Positions 15,614 to 24,793 of a DNA stretch of 46,723 bases are shown piece after piece. The notes under the pieces are model-generated. The model had not been told where the DNA came from, did not search any database, and saw nothing but the letters and a program-made list of their open reading frames with translations. This stretch comes from an uncultured Candidatus Saccharibacteria bacterium (GTDB lineage Bacteria; Patescibacteriota; Saccharimonadia; Saccharimonadales; UBA4665): positions 1-46,723 of the forward strand of contig CAZRWV010000001.1 of NCBI GenBank assembly GCA_964603965.1, read 5' to 3'. A program made the position numbers and the translations under genes. The stretch's first letter is position 1. Every line of letters begins with the position of its first letter.

Positions 15614-16278
15614 TACCAGGTAGCCCCCGCAGCCATGAAGCTACTCGGCACAGTGTCAACCTGTGCACTGTTATTTTCCTTCATCTTTATCATCAGCTGG
15701 TTGCCCTCGGCTACGAGATTCGGGTATTGGTTCTGGCGGGTGATATCGGTGCGGGTGTACTCTGCGGCACCCATCACGAGCAGCCAGTTCGGATCATCTA
15801 CCGGGACAACACTGGAAGCGTCAGATAGGCGCGTAGCGAAGCCGTATTTGGGGACGTAGATAGTACCGCCATATTGCGGATCGGTACTGGCAAAGGCGTT
15901 GTTGAATACGAGGTTGTCGCCTATGCGGGCACAATAGTTGCCCTCGGTGTACGCCTTGAGACGGTCGCCCTTAACTAATTCATAATCGGTGTAATTGCCG
16001 TCAGTATGGACAATCCGAATGTAGTCGCCGCGTTCTTGGCTGATCTTTCGAACGTCATCTGTATCAATAGCAAAGGTGTCGGTAGCAGTGACGGCACCAA
16101 GCGAATATGCGTTGTCGTATAAAGAGTCCCAGTCAACGCCGGGTTCAGACTCCCACTGGCCGATGAGCAGGTTCGCAATGCCAACAACCTTGTTCCACTT
16201 CGTGTCGCCCTGGGTGACAGTAGTGGCCTTACCGGTTGCTTTTAGGAGTATGCCGGCTACCAGTTCTGTGGTAGTCAT
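15613..16278 (-). CDS. Tail adaptor / tubular protein A-like structural protein
   Basis: 221 aa. Start/stop overlap with the downstream 675-aa gene. Call rests on position only. Confidence 0.35.
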   Translation of the reverse strand: MTTTELVAGILLKATGKATTVTQGDTKWNKVVGIANLLIGQWESEPGVDWDSLYDNAYSLGAVTATDTFAIDTDDVRKISQERGDYIRIVHTDGNYTDYELVKGDRLKAYTEGNYCARIGDNLVFNNAFASTDPQYGGTIYVPKYGFATRLSDASSVVPVDDPNWLLVMGAAEYTRTDITRQNQYPNLVAEGNQLMIKMKENNSAQVDTVPSSFMAAGATW

Positions 16279-16296
16279 CTAGCGCCTAACTAGAAA

Positions 16297-16356
16297 CACG
16301 GGGTCGGCTGTTATGCCGAACGCCCGTGCTTTTTAGGTGCGCTGTTTCTTGCACCT
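16297..16356 (-). promoter_or_regulatory. Two intergenic hairpins between the 1456-aa gene and the adaptor-like gene
   Basis: 16297-16328: CACGGG/CCCGTG plus inner TCGGC/GCCGA; a T-run follows on the + strand and TTTCT on the - strand. 16335-16356: AGGTGC/GCACCT. Confidence 0.4.
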
Positions 16357-16366
16357 ATTATAGCAT

Positions 16367-19300
16367 TTAGCTATATACGATACCACGCCTGACACTAATC
16401 TGTGGTGCAGCCTGTCTGCCGCCGCTGTGTCCCTGCAAGGCCACCCTGTTGTACTTAGAGCCGGTAGGCATACCCGAACGGGTGATCTGACCCGTCTTTG
16501 GCGTGCGTGGGCCTGCAGCGACACTAGCCGTACCCTTTGAGCTGCCACTACCTGCAGGCGCTATGCCGTTCTTATACTTTGGATTGCTGATGATGTCAGC
16601 CTCGTATAGTGCCTTGTCGTAGGCAATGAGCTGATCGGCCATCTTTTGCTTGTCAACGCCGTCCTCGGGTGTGGTCAGGTAATCGTAGAGGTTAGCCTTA
16701 CCAACCCCATACATGTCGCGAATTTGCTTAGGAAATGCCGAACCAGCACGATCTTTACGAAGCGCGGCTTCCTTGTTGATCTGTTGAGCGGTGGTTAGCT
16801 TGCCCTCTCGCAGCAGCTGCTCAAACTGGGCGGCATGTAGTTTGAACTCGGCATCCGGCTGGTTGTCTAGAAGTCGTTGACGGCCATCATCTGTCATCTT
16901 GGCATACTGGGTAAGTATATGTGCTGATTCCTGACTTATCCCGTTCGGTAGGTTGATATCGGGGTTCAATGCCCGCTTTGCAGCCATAAATTGGTCGTAG
17001 ATCGCCTGGTTATCGGGGCTCTGTTTTGCCCAATCTTTGCGCTCAGCGTCGTTCTTGAGGCCGGCAAAGTCCTTGCCAAAGGCCTCGGTTAATGCTGCCT
17101 TGTCTTTCAGTAGGTCTGGGCCAGTCATGCTGGAGTTAGTTGTACCGCCGTTAGATTGATTCTTCGGTGCGCCGTGCAGTGCGTATGGGCCAAGCAGTGC
17201 GCCCGTGGCGTAATTTTGCGGTGTTTTCGGGATAGTCATAGTTGGTTTCCCGTATTGCTTCACTTCACCGCGATTCACGGCATTCACGCCCGTGACAGTC
17301 TTCTTACCCTGTACGAACCCCGGAACAACTGAGCTACCAACCTTGTTGCCTACGTTCATCCATGCTCTCACGATCTTCTGCCCGCGTGTGGATTGATTGG
17401 TGTCCTTTGCTGTGGCAGTAGTGGCTATAGCCTTACCGACCGTCCCCGGCACCTGAAATGGAGCTGTACCACCAACCTGGGCGGACGGTAGCATGTCCTG
17501 CGGTTTGTAGCCAAGCGCCCTACCGACCGTTAGAAATACGGCGGCGCTCGCCATGGTGAATCTCAATAGTTTGGCGAACTCCTTGTTCTTGACCATCTCG
17601 CCCAAGTATTCAGCTTGTTTGACGTTATAGCTTTGGAACTGAGTGACCAACTTCGTGAGGTCGTCCTGCAGTGCTACGGGGGTATCCACCCGCCCGAAGG
17701 TGAACTGTGTCTTTCGCGCCGTATCGATACCGGCCTGTATGGCCTCGGCCTCGCTCTTCCCTGCACGAAGTGCCGCATCCTTAGCACCGAAGTATGCAGC
17801 GCCACGGTTTATCTTTTCTGCCGCCTCAAAGAATGCAAATAGCCCCTTATCTGCCTTCTGCAGTAGCTTCTTAGCAGCGCTAATAGTCCTGTCCTCTACA
17901 AACGAGTTATCGAGCACGCCGACATCTTGAAGTTCTGTGCTACGTGTTGCGATTGCGTGAAGTGCTCTGCCGTAACCGTCTATCGTGCCTCTGGTACCAA
18001 GCTCCGCAAAGGTGTTTATGCCCTGCGTCAAGTTCCTGACAGCTGAACCAATGTTGAGTCCGAGGCTAGCACGATATGTTGCCTGACGAATGCCGCGTGA
18101 TAGCCGTGCAGTCGGTCTGTTGCCAAGCTTGTACCCCACAGGTGATTGCTTGATCATGTTGTCCAGCAGGTTGTCGATCATAGTGGGACGCATATTGATG
18201 CGATCACCGTAGTGCTTCACAAAGTCATAGCCGCTCTTGTCCAGGCCCTGTGAGGCATATGACAGCTTCTCGAGCGCAGGGTCAAAATTGGCCTTGCGTG
18301 TGGCCCGCTTAACGTAGGCGTCCAGGGCAACAAAGGCGTCCTGTTTGTACCCCCGTTTGCCCAGGCGTTTCTGCGTGAACGGGTCGTATACGGAGCCTGG
18401 CACCTTATCGGCAATCAGCTTTTCGAGGTCGGGGTCAAACTCCTTAGAAATGAATGCGTCGTCAAAAATGTGGGTGATGTAATTCGAGATCCGCTGCTCC
18501 GGCGGCAGTTTCAGGCGGTCGGCCCAGCTACTCAGGTACTCCTTTATCTCGCCGGCAACGCGCAACTCATTACCCTGCAGTAGGCGTTTGGCGCCGGGCT
18601 GGCCGTCCAGGTACCTGAATATGCGCTCAGAGGCGTCCTTGGAGCGGCCGACCTCATCGAACCATTTAGTAATACGGTCAATCTCTTTTGGAAGCTGTTG
18701 CTTGTATGCGTGATCGGCCTCGCGCAGCGCTTTGGCTTCGTTGCCCAGACCAATCTTTTGCAGGACGCGCTCCGGCGTACGTAGGTAGTCCAAGATGCCG
18801 ACCTTGCGGTTCAGCGGGTAGCTACCATGTATGACGGCCTCGTCAACAGCATCAGGTACGACTGCACCAATCGGGTTGTATGCAGCGGCCTTTACTTTGC
18901 CGGACATCTCAGCCTCTTGCGCTTTAGCGGCCCGGTACAATGCTCGTTCCACGTCTGACATGCCTCTAGTACCACCAGTACGCTCTTTCAGTACATCAGA
19001 TAGCGGTTTCGGGTTTGCGTAGCCTCTGACCTCATTTGCGGCCTGCTGTAGTTCGCTTACATGCTCGGGCGCAATATCTAGGCTACGGGTTAGTCGCTCA
19101 GGTTGGGCCGGAGGTTCCGTGGCTACATCATTCTCTCGGGTCGTCTTATAAACAACGCGGGTGTTGCCGACCCGTTCACCCTTTACTTTCTTATCTGAAT
19201 TAAGCGGTAGGTCTTTGACAACACTACCATCAGATAATTGAATGTCGGCTTTCTGGCCCTGATATTCACCCTCCAGGCTCCGATATTCACTTGTGTTAAG

Positions 19301-20737
19301 CACTTTGCCCTCTACGACATCTGATGCGATATTGGGATTCGACGGGTAAGTGGTGACTTTGACGTTGTCGCCGGATTTTATAGACCCCCCTATAATGTCA
19401 GCCTCTGGAACGAGTGTCTGATGATTCGTTGCTGCCGCCTCACGCGCTGCAATCTCCATGTCTGCACCTGTGGCACCAGGACGGTCCGCGACCGTGCGAA
19501 CGACAGGCAGCGCCTCAGCTATTTTCTCTACCTGTCCAGCCGGTGGTACACTATTAGGTAATGAAGCTTGACGACTGGATGTGGAACCGGGCTTACTCTC
19601 CGAAGCGGGGGCACGACCTCGCGTGGTTTTACCTATGGGCACGCTACCCTCATCTGCGCCGCGCCGTCCGGGAAGGGAGACATAGCCACCTTGAGCCAGT
19701 CGATGCACTTCCTCCTGGTTCACAATCTTCCCAGGAATCGTCTGCAGACCCAGAGACTTAGCCGCTGCGAGACGGTGTTTACCATCCTCTACGAAAAGCT
19801 TGCCTTTCGGATCACGCATTACCAGGATTGGTTTAATGCGTCCGGTTTTCGCTATCTGATCCCTATACTTTGCTACCTGAGTAGGATCAAGGTCACCATA
19901 CCCTGATGCATCCGTAGGCGTTAGGCGGTCTATGTGTAATCTACCGAGCGGCTTAGATTTTGACGCTGTTTCTGCCAACATCGTCCGTTGAGCACGCGGT
20001 AAACCTCTGACAGCTTTTGTGGCCAGTCTAGCGCCCTCGCCGGCGGCGGCTCCAGCAGCGGGCAGCACAAATCCAACAACTGCAGTTGTGCCAGCGTTTC
20101 CGAGCGCCTGACGAGCTGTAGCGTTGGGATCATGGACATATGTACCAGCAAACCCGGACGGAGCAGACAATGCAGCGGTCTTTGTACCCTGCTGCACTAA
20201 CTCACGGGTTACGGCTTTAGTGGCCGCCCATTTACCACCCTGTTTCAGTGCCTGCCTGCCAGCCATACGCGCAGCCTGGCCGCCTGCAGCCCCAAATCCA
20301 GCCGTAGCGCCAGTAAAGGCAGTGTCTGCGAACGCAGCACCAGCCCTGACGGGGTTGGTGTTTTTGACTATCTCGTGGCTCAGGTTCTCGGCCATGTTGT
20401 TTGTCTCTGGCAGCTGAGCCTCGGTAGTGGTCAACAGGTGCTGGTAACGTGCCCTCTGCTCGGGTGTAACACCGGGTCGCGCCATGCCCCTACGTGCCAC
20501 CAGGATGCTATTCATACTAGCATCCTGAGCACCTTGGGCTGAATGCTGTGCGGCCCTTACATCAGGTGAAAACCCATACGCAAGGCTCCTACCCAACTGG
20601 GTAGGGCCTTCGGTAGCACCTTCTACGAATGATCTGCCGACACGTTCTGCCGGGTTCACTATGTCACGGTTTACCGTTTCTATGCCGCCCTGAATTTTCT
20701 TCTTGGCGGTACCGAGCCAGGATAGCAGCTTGGCCAT
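16367..20737 (-). CDS. 1456-aa virion-associated multidomain (polyvalent-type) protein with a ParB/Srx-like N-terminal-type domain
   Basis: GGAGG RBS. Gly/Ala-rich hydrophobic N-terminal third. Residues about 265-340, LHIDRLTPTD...IKPILVMRD...FVEDGKHRLAAAKSLGLQTIPGKIV, are ParB-like. The long helical C-terminal part sits where T7 gp16 would be. Confidence 0.55.
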   Translation of the reverse strand: MAKLLSWLGTAKKKIQGGIETVNRDIVNPAERVGRSFVEGATEGPTQLGRSLAYGFSPDVRAAQHSAQGAQDASMNSILVARRGMARPGVTPEQRARYQHLLTTTEAQLPETNNMAENLSHEIVKNTNPVRAGAAFADTAFTGATAGFGAAGGQAARMAGRQALKQGGKWAATKAVTRELVQQGTKTAALSAPSGFAGTYVHDPNATARQALGNAGTTAVVGFVLPAAGAAAGEGARLATKAVRGLPRAQRTMLAETASKSKPLGRLHIDRLTPTDASGYGDLDPTQVAKYRDQIAKTGRIKPILVMRDPKGKLFVEDGKHRLAAAKSLGLQTIPGKIVNQEEVHRLAQGGYVSLPGRRGADEGSVPIGKTTRGRAPASESKPGSTSSRQASLPNSVPPAGQVEKIAEALPVVRTVADRPGATGADMEIAAREAAATNHQTLVPEADIIGGSIKSGDNVKVTTYPSNPNIASDVVEGKVLNTSEYRSLEGEYQGQKADIQLSDGSVVKDLPLNSDKKVKGERVGNTRVVYKTTRENDVATEPPAQPERLTRSLDIAPEHVSELQQAANEVRGYANPKPLSDVLKERTGGTRGMSDVERALYRAAKAQEAEMSGKVKAAAYNPIGAVVPDAVDEAVIHGSYPLNRKVGILDYLRTPERVLQKIGLGNEAKALREADHAYKQQLPKEIDRITKWFDEVGRSKDASERIFRYLDGQPGAKRLLQGNELRVAGEIKEYLSSWADRLKLPPEQRISNYITHIFDDAFISKEFDPDLEKLIADKVPGSVYDPFTQKRLGKRGYKQDAFVALDAYVKRATRKANFDPALEKLSYASQGLDKSGYDFVKHYGDRINMRPTMIDNLLDNMIKQSPVGYKLGNRPTARLSRGIRQATYRASLGLNIGSAVRNLTQGINTFAELGTRGTIDGYGRALHAIATRSTELQDVGVLDNSFVEDRTISAAKKLLQKADKGLFAFFEAAEKINRGAAYFGAKDAALRAGKSEAEAIQAGIDTARKTQFTFGRVDTPVALQDDLTKLVTQFQSYNVKQAEYLGEMVKNKEFAKLLRFTMASAAVFLTVGRALGYKPQDMLPSAQVGGTAPFQVPGTVGKAIATTATAKDTNQSTRGQKIVRAWMNVGNKVGSSVVPGFVQGKKTVTGVNAVNRGEVKQYGKPTMTIPKTPQNYATGALLGPYALHGAPKNQSNGGTTNSSMTGPDLLKDKAALTEAFGKDFAGLKNDAERKDWAKQSPDNQAIYDQFMAAKRALNPDINLPNGISQESAHILTQYAKMTDDGRQRLLDNQPDAEFKLHAAQFEQLLREGKLTTAQQINKEAALRKDRAGSAFPKQIRDMYGVGKANLYDYLTTPEDGVDKQKMADQLIAYDKALYEADIISNPKYKNGIAPAGSGSSKGTASVAAGPRTPKTGQITRSGMPTGSKYNRVALQGHSGGRQAAPQISVRRGIVYS

Positions 20738-20748
20738 CTGATTGCCTC

Positions 20749-21813
20749 CTAAGCCAAGGTTGCTAGTTGCTGCTGCCGCCGTCTCTCCTCTGGCGTGAGG
20801 GTCGTGTATGGGTTAGCAGCGTTTTCAGCTGGAGCGATGGTGTAGGATGGATTGCCCATTACGGTCTGGTAACTATCCAGGGTGGGAGCAGCGTACACCG
20901 GAGTCGCACCTGTGTAGGTGGGCGAGAACCGGCCGAGTGCGTCAATTGCAGGGTTCAGCGCATCTGCTTGGGTCAGGTATGTAGATGCCTGAGACGGGTC
21001 GCTCATCAGGCCGGCCAGCTGCTGCAGCAGTGATTGACGGTTGGTCATGCTCTGCTGTTCAGCGCTGTTCAGCTGCTGGGTGCGCCAGTCCTCCAGCTGC
21101 CTACGATCCTGCTGATCTTGGTTTTGGAAGCCAGCCCAGTTGGTGTCCAGGTTCCGCTGGTTGCCGGCAAAGGTTTGGCCAGCACCGGCGCGCTGCATAG
21201 AAGCGTCCTGAGCGACCGCCTGGGATGCGAGACTGCGGTCAGAGCCGTTAGCACCAAACGAGCCCAGCAGCCGAAGCAGGCCGCGCAGACCTTGTGAGGC
21301 CATGTCGGTGATGGTGTTCTTGTTCGTGCGGAGGTTCTGCTGGTTTTGAGTACTCTGGGTGTTGTACTGGCTTTGTCCCTGAGCGAAGTTGCTGTCCAGC
21401 TGGTTCCTGCCGACGTTGTACTGGTCGCCAATGTTTCCCTGGGCGATACTTAGCTGAGTGGGGAGACGGTTTAGCTGACTGTTGACGATGCCGATTGCGG
21501 AAGCCTGTGCGGTTGCATTCGGGTCGTAAACCGTGGTGTCGGTCGTGGGCTGATTCAGAGCGCCCGTGTCTTGGTTGGCAGTCGGCTGAGCGGTTGGCTG
21601 AGGAGCTGCGTATGTGAAGCCACTATTCTGTCCGAATCCCAGTGCTGCTGGGTCGGATAGGGTGACGTTTGGATTGGTGATAGCATTTCCGACATTCGTC
21701 ATCTTGCTAGTGCCATTACCGGGGGTAAGGTAGTCGTAAGCCGTACCTGTGCCCTTTAGAGCGGGGCCGATAACGTTACCGCCCGCGTGAACCAACGAGT
21801 TATACCATGCCAT
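20749..21813 (-). CDS. Gln/Asn/Thr-rich virion-associated protein (internal/ejection protein candidate)
   Basis: 354 aa of low-complexity Q/N-rich sequence, directly upstream of the giant protein gene. Confidence 0.35.
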   Translation of the reverse strand: MAWYNSLVHAGGNVIGPALKGTGTAYDYLTPGNGTSKMTNVGNAITNPNVTLSDPAALGFGQNSGFTYAAPQPTAQPTANQDTGALNQPTTDTTVYDPNATAQASAIGIVNSQLNRLPTQLSIAQGNIGDQYNVGRNQLDSNFAQGQSQYNTQSTQNQQNLRTNKNTITDMASQGLRGLLRLLGSFGANGSDRSLASQAVAQDASMQRAGAGQTFAGNQRNLDTNWAGFQNQDQQDRRQLEDWRTQQLNSAEQQSMTNRQSLLQQLAGLMSDPSQASTYLTQADALNPAIDALGRFSPTYTGATPVYAAPTLDSYQTVMGNPSYTIAPAENAANPYTTLTPEERRRQQQLATLA

Positions 21814-21818
21814 AGAAA

Positions 21819-21845
21819 AAGACTCCTTTGAGAGAGGTTGGAGTC
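21819..21845 (-). terminator. Terminator-like hairpin after the CAP-domain gene
   Basis: AGACTCC/GGAGTCT 7-bp stem with a 13-nt loop. Followed on the - strand by TTTT and on the + strand by AGTTTTT. The 3' arm contains the GGAG that would serve as the RBS of the 354-aa gene. Confidence 0.5.
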
Positions 21846-21862
21846 TAGTTTTTAGAAGCTAA

Positions 21863-22387
21863 TTATTTCGATTGGCAGAAGTGTTCTACGATCTGGTTAC
21901 CGCTGATTCCGAAACCAGTCAGATCGTACGCGCCATTAATCATAGCTGCGTGGTGAGGCGGACTCGCGATCCACGCATTCACAGCATGTGCCGCATCGTT
22001 AACAGTTGTATTCTGGGTAAGGTTTTCACTTGAATCAATGCATGAAATCCCGGTTGCTATCATCCAGTAACGACTATTGCCTCGATTGTTCGGGCTCTTA
22101 TCGCTCTCATGGCCAAAATACCCATACTTCACCTCATCATTAGCCTTCATCTGGGCCGAGCTGTTCAGCCTATCATCAATCTTCAGTGGTGCTGCACCGT
22201 TCCTCGCTCGTTCTTTATTCACGAGAGCAAGTAGCTCGTCTACAGCCGGCGGGTGCACCTTAGCCTGCGTGACAGGTGTATCGGTCTGGCCCCTGCCATC
22301 GTCCGATGTAATGATTACAGTCGCCCCAAAGGCTGCCCAGATGATTAGGCAGGATGCAGCAATTATCCACACCTTTTTGCTTGACAT
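21863..22387 (-). CDS. CAP/SCP/PR-1 superfamily protein with an N-terminal membrane anchor or signal
   Basis: LLALVNKERARNGAAPLKIDDRLNSSAQMKANDE...GHES...ENL...AVNAWIASPPHHAAMIN...G is a typical CAP domain pattern. Confidence 0.75.
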   Translation of the reverse strand: MSSKKVWIIAASCLIIWAAFGATVIITSDDGRGQTDTPVTQAKVHPPAVDELLALVNKERARNGAAPLKIDDRLNSSAQMKANDEVKYGYFGHESDKSPNNRGNSRYWMIATGISCIDSSENLTQNTTVNDAAHAVNAWIASPPHHAAMINGAYDLTGFGISGNQIVEHFCQSK

Positions 22388-22432
22388 ACCTAAGATATTA
22401 GCATATTCTTATGGTAAAGTCAACAGAGGGGG

Positions 22433-22819
22433 ATGTGTATGCTAGCTCTGCTCCTGGTAAGTTGTACGGTAGCTCTTGGTGGTTTTCTATGGTGGACATT
22501 CCACAAAGCGATGGCGGGGGAAAGACACTTGGTCGCAGACATATCGTCGCACGACCCCTGTCAGTTCTGCGATGATCCGCACGCCGCCACCCTTCGCCAA
22601 ACTAAGGTCGTTGGGGTGTTGATTGGCTGTGAGAAGTCGGAGTACGCGCTTAGGGTATGCCAGAAACACGCTCAGGAATCTTTTGCGTTCTTCATGAAAA
22701 AGAACCTGCTTTTTGGCTGGTGGTCCCTGATATCGCCGATCTTGCTACCGATATGTCTCTGCATGAACGCGTTCAACTACCAAAAGTACAAATCTGCGCT
22801 ATTAGCTAGTAAAAACTAG
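22433..22819 (+). CDS. Membrane protein with a Cys-rich central segment; the only + strand gene inside the late arm
   Basis: GGGGGA RBS. N- and C-terminal hydrophobic helices. Opposite orientation to all neighbouring genes. Confidence 0.5.
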   Translation: MCMLALLLVSCTVALGGFLWWTFHKAMAGERHLVADISSHDPCQFCDDPHAATLRQTKVVGVLIGCEKSEYALRVCQKHAQESFAFFMKKNLLFGWWSLISPILLPICLCMNAFNYQKYKSALLASKN

Positions 22820-23002
22820 ACTCCAATTGTTAAATTGCGATTTGCTAGTTTCGCAACGTGTAGAGTTCTTTTACTCTTTGGCGATGGCTTCTTTTAGCCT
22901 ATCTGGTTGGCTACGCTATAGTCTTGGCGTGCGCTCGTATCTTTAGAGTCTCAGGTGCTCATTTTTTGCTTGCCTGACGCTGTGCTGATTTCAGTATAAC
23001 AC

Positions 23003-23359
23003 TTATGGTCGGATTCTTGTGGCGACTATGCCGGCGATTGCTACCAATATGCCCGCAGCCGTCAGTAGGGCTGTCAGTGACACCTTCCTGTTTGTGGCCC
23101 ACAGATCGAATATGCCGAACGGTATGCCAAATTTTCTGGACAAGAACTCATCACCCTTGATGGTGGTCTTATAGAGATCAGTCAGTTTATTGTCCTGCTC
23201 GATCAGCTTATGTGTTACGGCAAACTCAAGTGCCTTTTCCGCGTCGCGTCGCATCAACGGTGTGAGGCTGGTGATGTTATTTGGACCATCCTGATCCATG
23301 TGCAGAGCGCAGACGGACGCTAGGTCTACGACCATACGTGCATTACGGTATATTCCCAT
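23003..23359 (-). CDS. Tail-anchored membrane protein with a winged-helix-like N-terminal domain
   Basis: ALEFAVTHKLIEQDNKLTDLYKTTIKGDEFL (wHTH-like) and C-terminal helix LTALLTAAGILVAIAGIVA. TATAAT ends 8 nt upstream of the ATG. Confidence 0.45.
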   Translation of the reverse strand: MGIYRNARMVVDLASVCALHMDQDGPNNITSLTPLMRRDAEKALEFAVTHKLIEQDNKLTDLYKTTIKGDEFLSRKFGIPFGIFDLWATNRKVSLTALLTAAGILVAIAGIVATRIRP

Positions 23360-23374
23360 AACCTGGATTATACG

Positions 23375-23959
23375 CTATGCTCGGCCACCCCAAACCTTAC
23401 TAAACGGCTGATGTTCGCCGCGCTCCATCCTGCCCTTATCCCAGAATCCTAAGCTTTCAACCGGCAGGTCGGCCTGTTTAAACGCGAACGCCCATGCCCG
23501 CTCGGTACCCTGTGCCTGCAGTTTGTTTTCGGGTGTCTTGGGGAACAGACCCTTACTGTCCAGCAGTTCCATACTCGCCCGGTTCGTGTAGAACACTGGC
23601 CCAAAGATACCGTATTCGGGCATCGGGCAGCTGTACTGGCTATCCACCCATTCAGCCTGCTCCTGGGTATCAAAGAACAGACCAAAGTGCCCCCAGGCCA
23701 CTGCCCCAAGTTCTGGCATCTTTTCCCTGAACGGAGCCATAACATCATCCGTGATGGCGCGCATGCTGTCCTGGATGAATAGGTAATTGTCGGCCGGATG
23801 CTCGCGGTATGCCCTGACGTACGCACCGGATGGATGTCCACCGCTCGATGTATCCATTACAACAACCTGATACCTATCACCCAGCGACTCCAGGCAGGAA
23901 TCGATATAGGTGTTATCAAACGCGGCTACTACTACGATGTCTCTCGATTGCTTGGTCAT
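23375..23959 (-). CDS. GT-A-like glycosyltransferase candidate
   Basis: DIVVVAAFDNTYIDSCLESL...YQVVVMDTS...YLFIQDS resembles the Rossmann-like start and DxD-type motif of GT-A enzymes. Last gene of the overlapped cassette. Confidence 0.4.
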   Translation of the reverse strand: MTKQSRDIVVVAAFDNTYIDSCLESLGDRYQVVVMDTSSGGHPSGAYVRAYREHPADNYLFIQDSMRAITDDVMAPFREKMPELGAVAWGHFGLFFDTQEQAEWVDSQYSCPMPEYGIFGPVFYTNRASMELLDSKGLFPKTPENKLQAQGTERAWAFAFKQADLPVESLGFWDKGRMERGEHQPFSKVWGGRA

Positions 23960-24161
23960 ACGCCTCTAATTCCCGATAGCACCTCTTGTGAAAGTGCAGT
24001 TCTTTCTTAAATCCGCCGATATTGATCCAGCAATGGTACATGCGGAGCCACAGCCGTCTGCCGCAGAACGCACAGTGCGCCATGCGGTAGGACTGCGGGG
24101 ATTGGGATGCTTCCGGTTCCCATTTGTTGGCCTCTGCCAGTAGGGTGCGTTGGCTAATCAT
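23916..24161 (-). CDS. Small Cys/His protein
   Basis: ATGA coupling to the SDR gene. HCAFCGRR...HFHKRC pattern. Overlaps the next gene by 44 nt. Confidence 0.35.
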   Translation of the reverse strand: MISQRTLLAEANKWEPEASQSPQSYRMAHCAFCGRRLWLRMYHCWINIGGFKKELHFHKRCYRELEAYDQAIERHRSSSRV

Positions 24162-24793
24162 AGTGTTACTGGCTCACCCACTTTTAGCTCTCTGCGCCAT
24201 GATTCGTTACGGTCTACCTTAATCGGGGCTGTTTCGTATCCAATCCGACGGATGATGATGTTGTCGCCTGCCTGGTACTTACCGTCGGCGATGTCGTAAA
24301 CGACTTTCGCAACTTCCCACGTCTCTAACCGGGTGCCAGGTTGGTCGGCCGGATAGTCGTGTTGGCGCATCCGCGTATCGACGCGGCCAGGGCTGATTGC
24401 GTATGCGTCGTAACCTTCCATCGCCAGTGATTCCACTAGAGATATAACGCCGCCCTTGGAGGCGCTATACCCGCTATGATTTGGTTTGCCGTAAAGTCCA
24501 GCCACAGAAGCAATAAAAATCATCTTCCTGGCACCAAACACCGCTGCAGCCTTGGCTACGTGGTAGCTACCGAGCAGATTCACCTCAAGCTCTTCCTGCC
24601 AGTCGTTAGGCAACGAGTCTTTGATGTTGGATACGTGCGACACCCCAGCCGTCACCACGACCACCTCGGGCTTGTGCTGGAATATCTTCGCTTGTACGGC
24701 GTTATAGTCGCGCACATCGCACTTGTCTTTATCCAGGATGGTGCCGCCGATTGCTGCTGCGATGTCCCCACCGCCGAATATTAATGTGTCCAT
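24158..24793 (-). CDS. Classical short-chain dehydrogenase/reductase (SDR)
   Basis: FGGGDIAAAIG dinucleotide-binding turn, TAGV, catalytic YSASKGG (YxxxK), and ISPGRVDT. Confidence 0.8.
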   Translation of the reverse strand: MDTLIFGGGDIAAAIGGTILDKDKCDVRDYNAVQAKIFQHKPEVVVVTAGVSHVSNIKDSLPNDWQEELEVNLLGSYHVAKAAAVFGARKMIFIASVAGLYGKPNHSGYSASKGGVISLVESLAMEGYDAYAISPGRVDTRMRQHDYPADQPGTRLETWEVAKVVYDIADGKYQAGDNIIIRRIGYETAPIKVDRNESWRRELKVGEPVTL

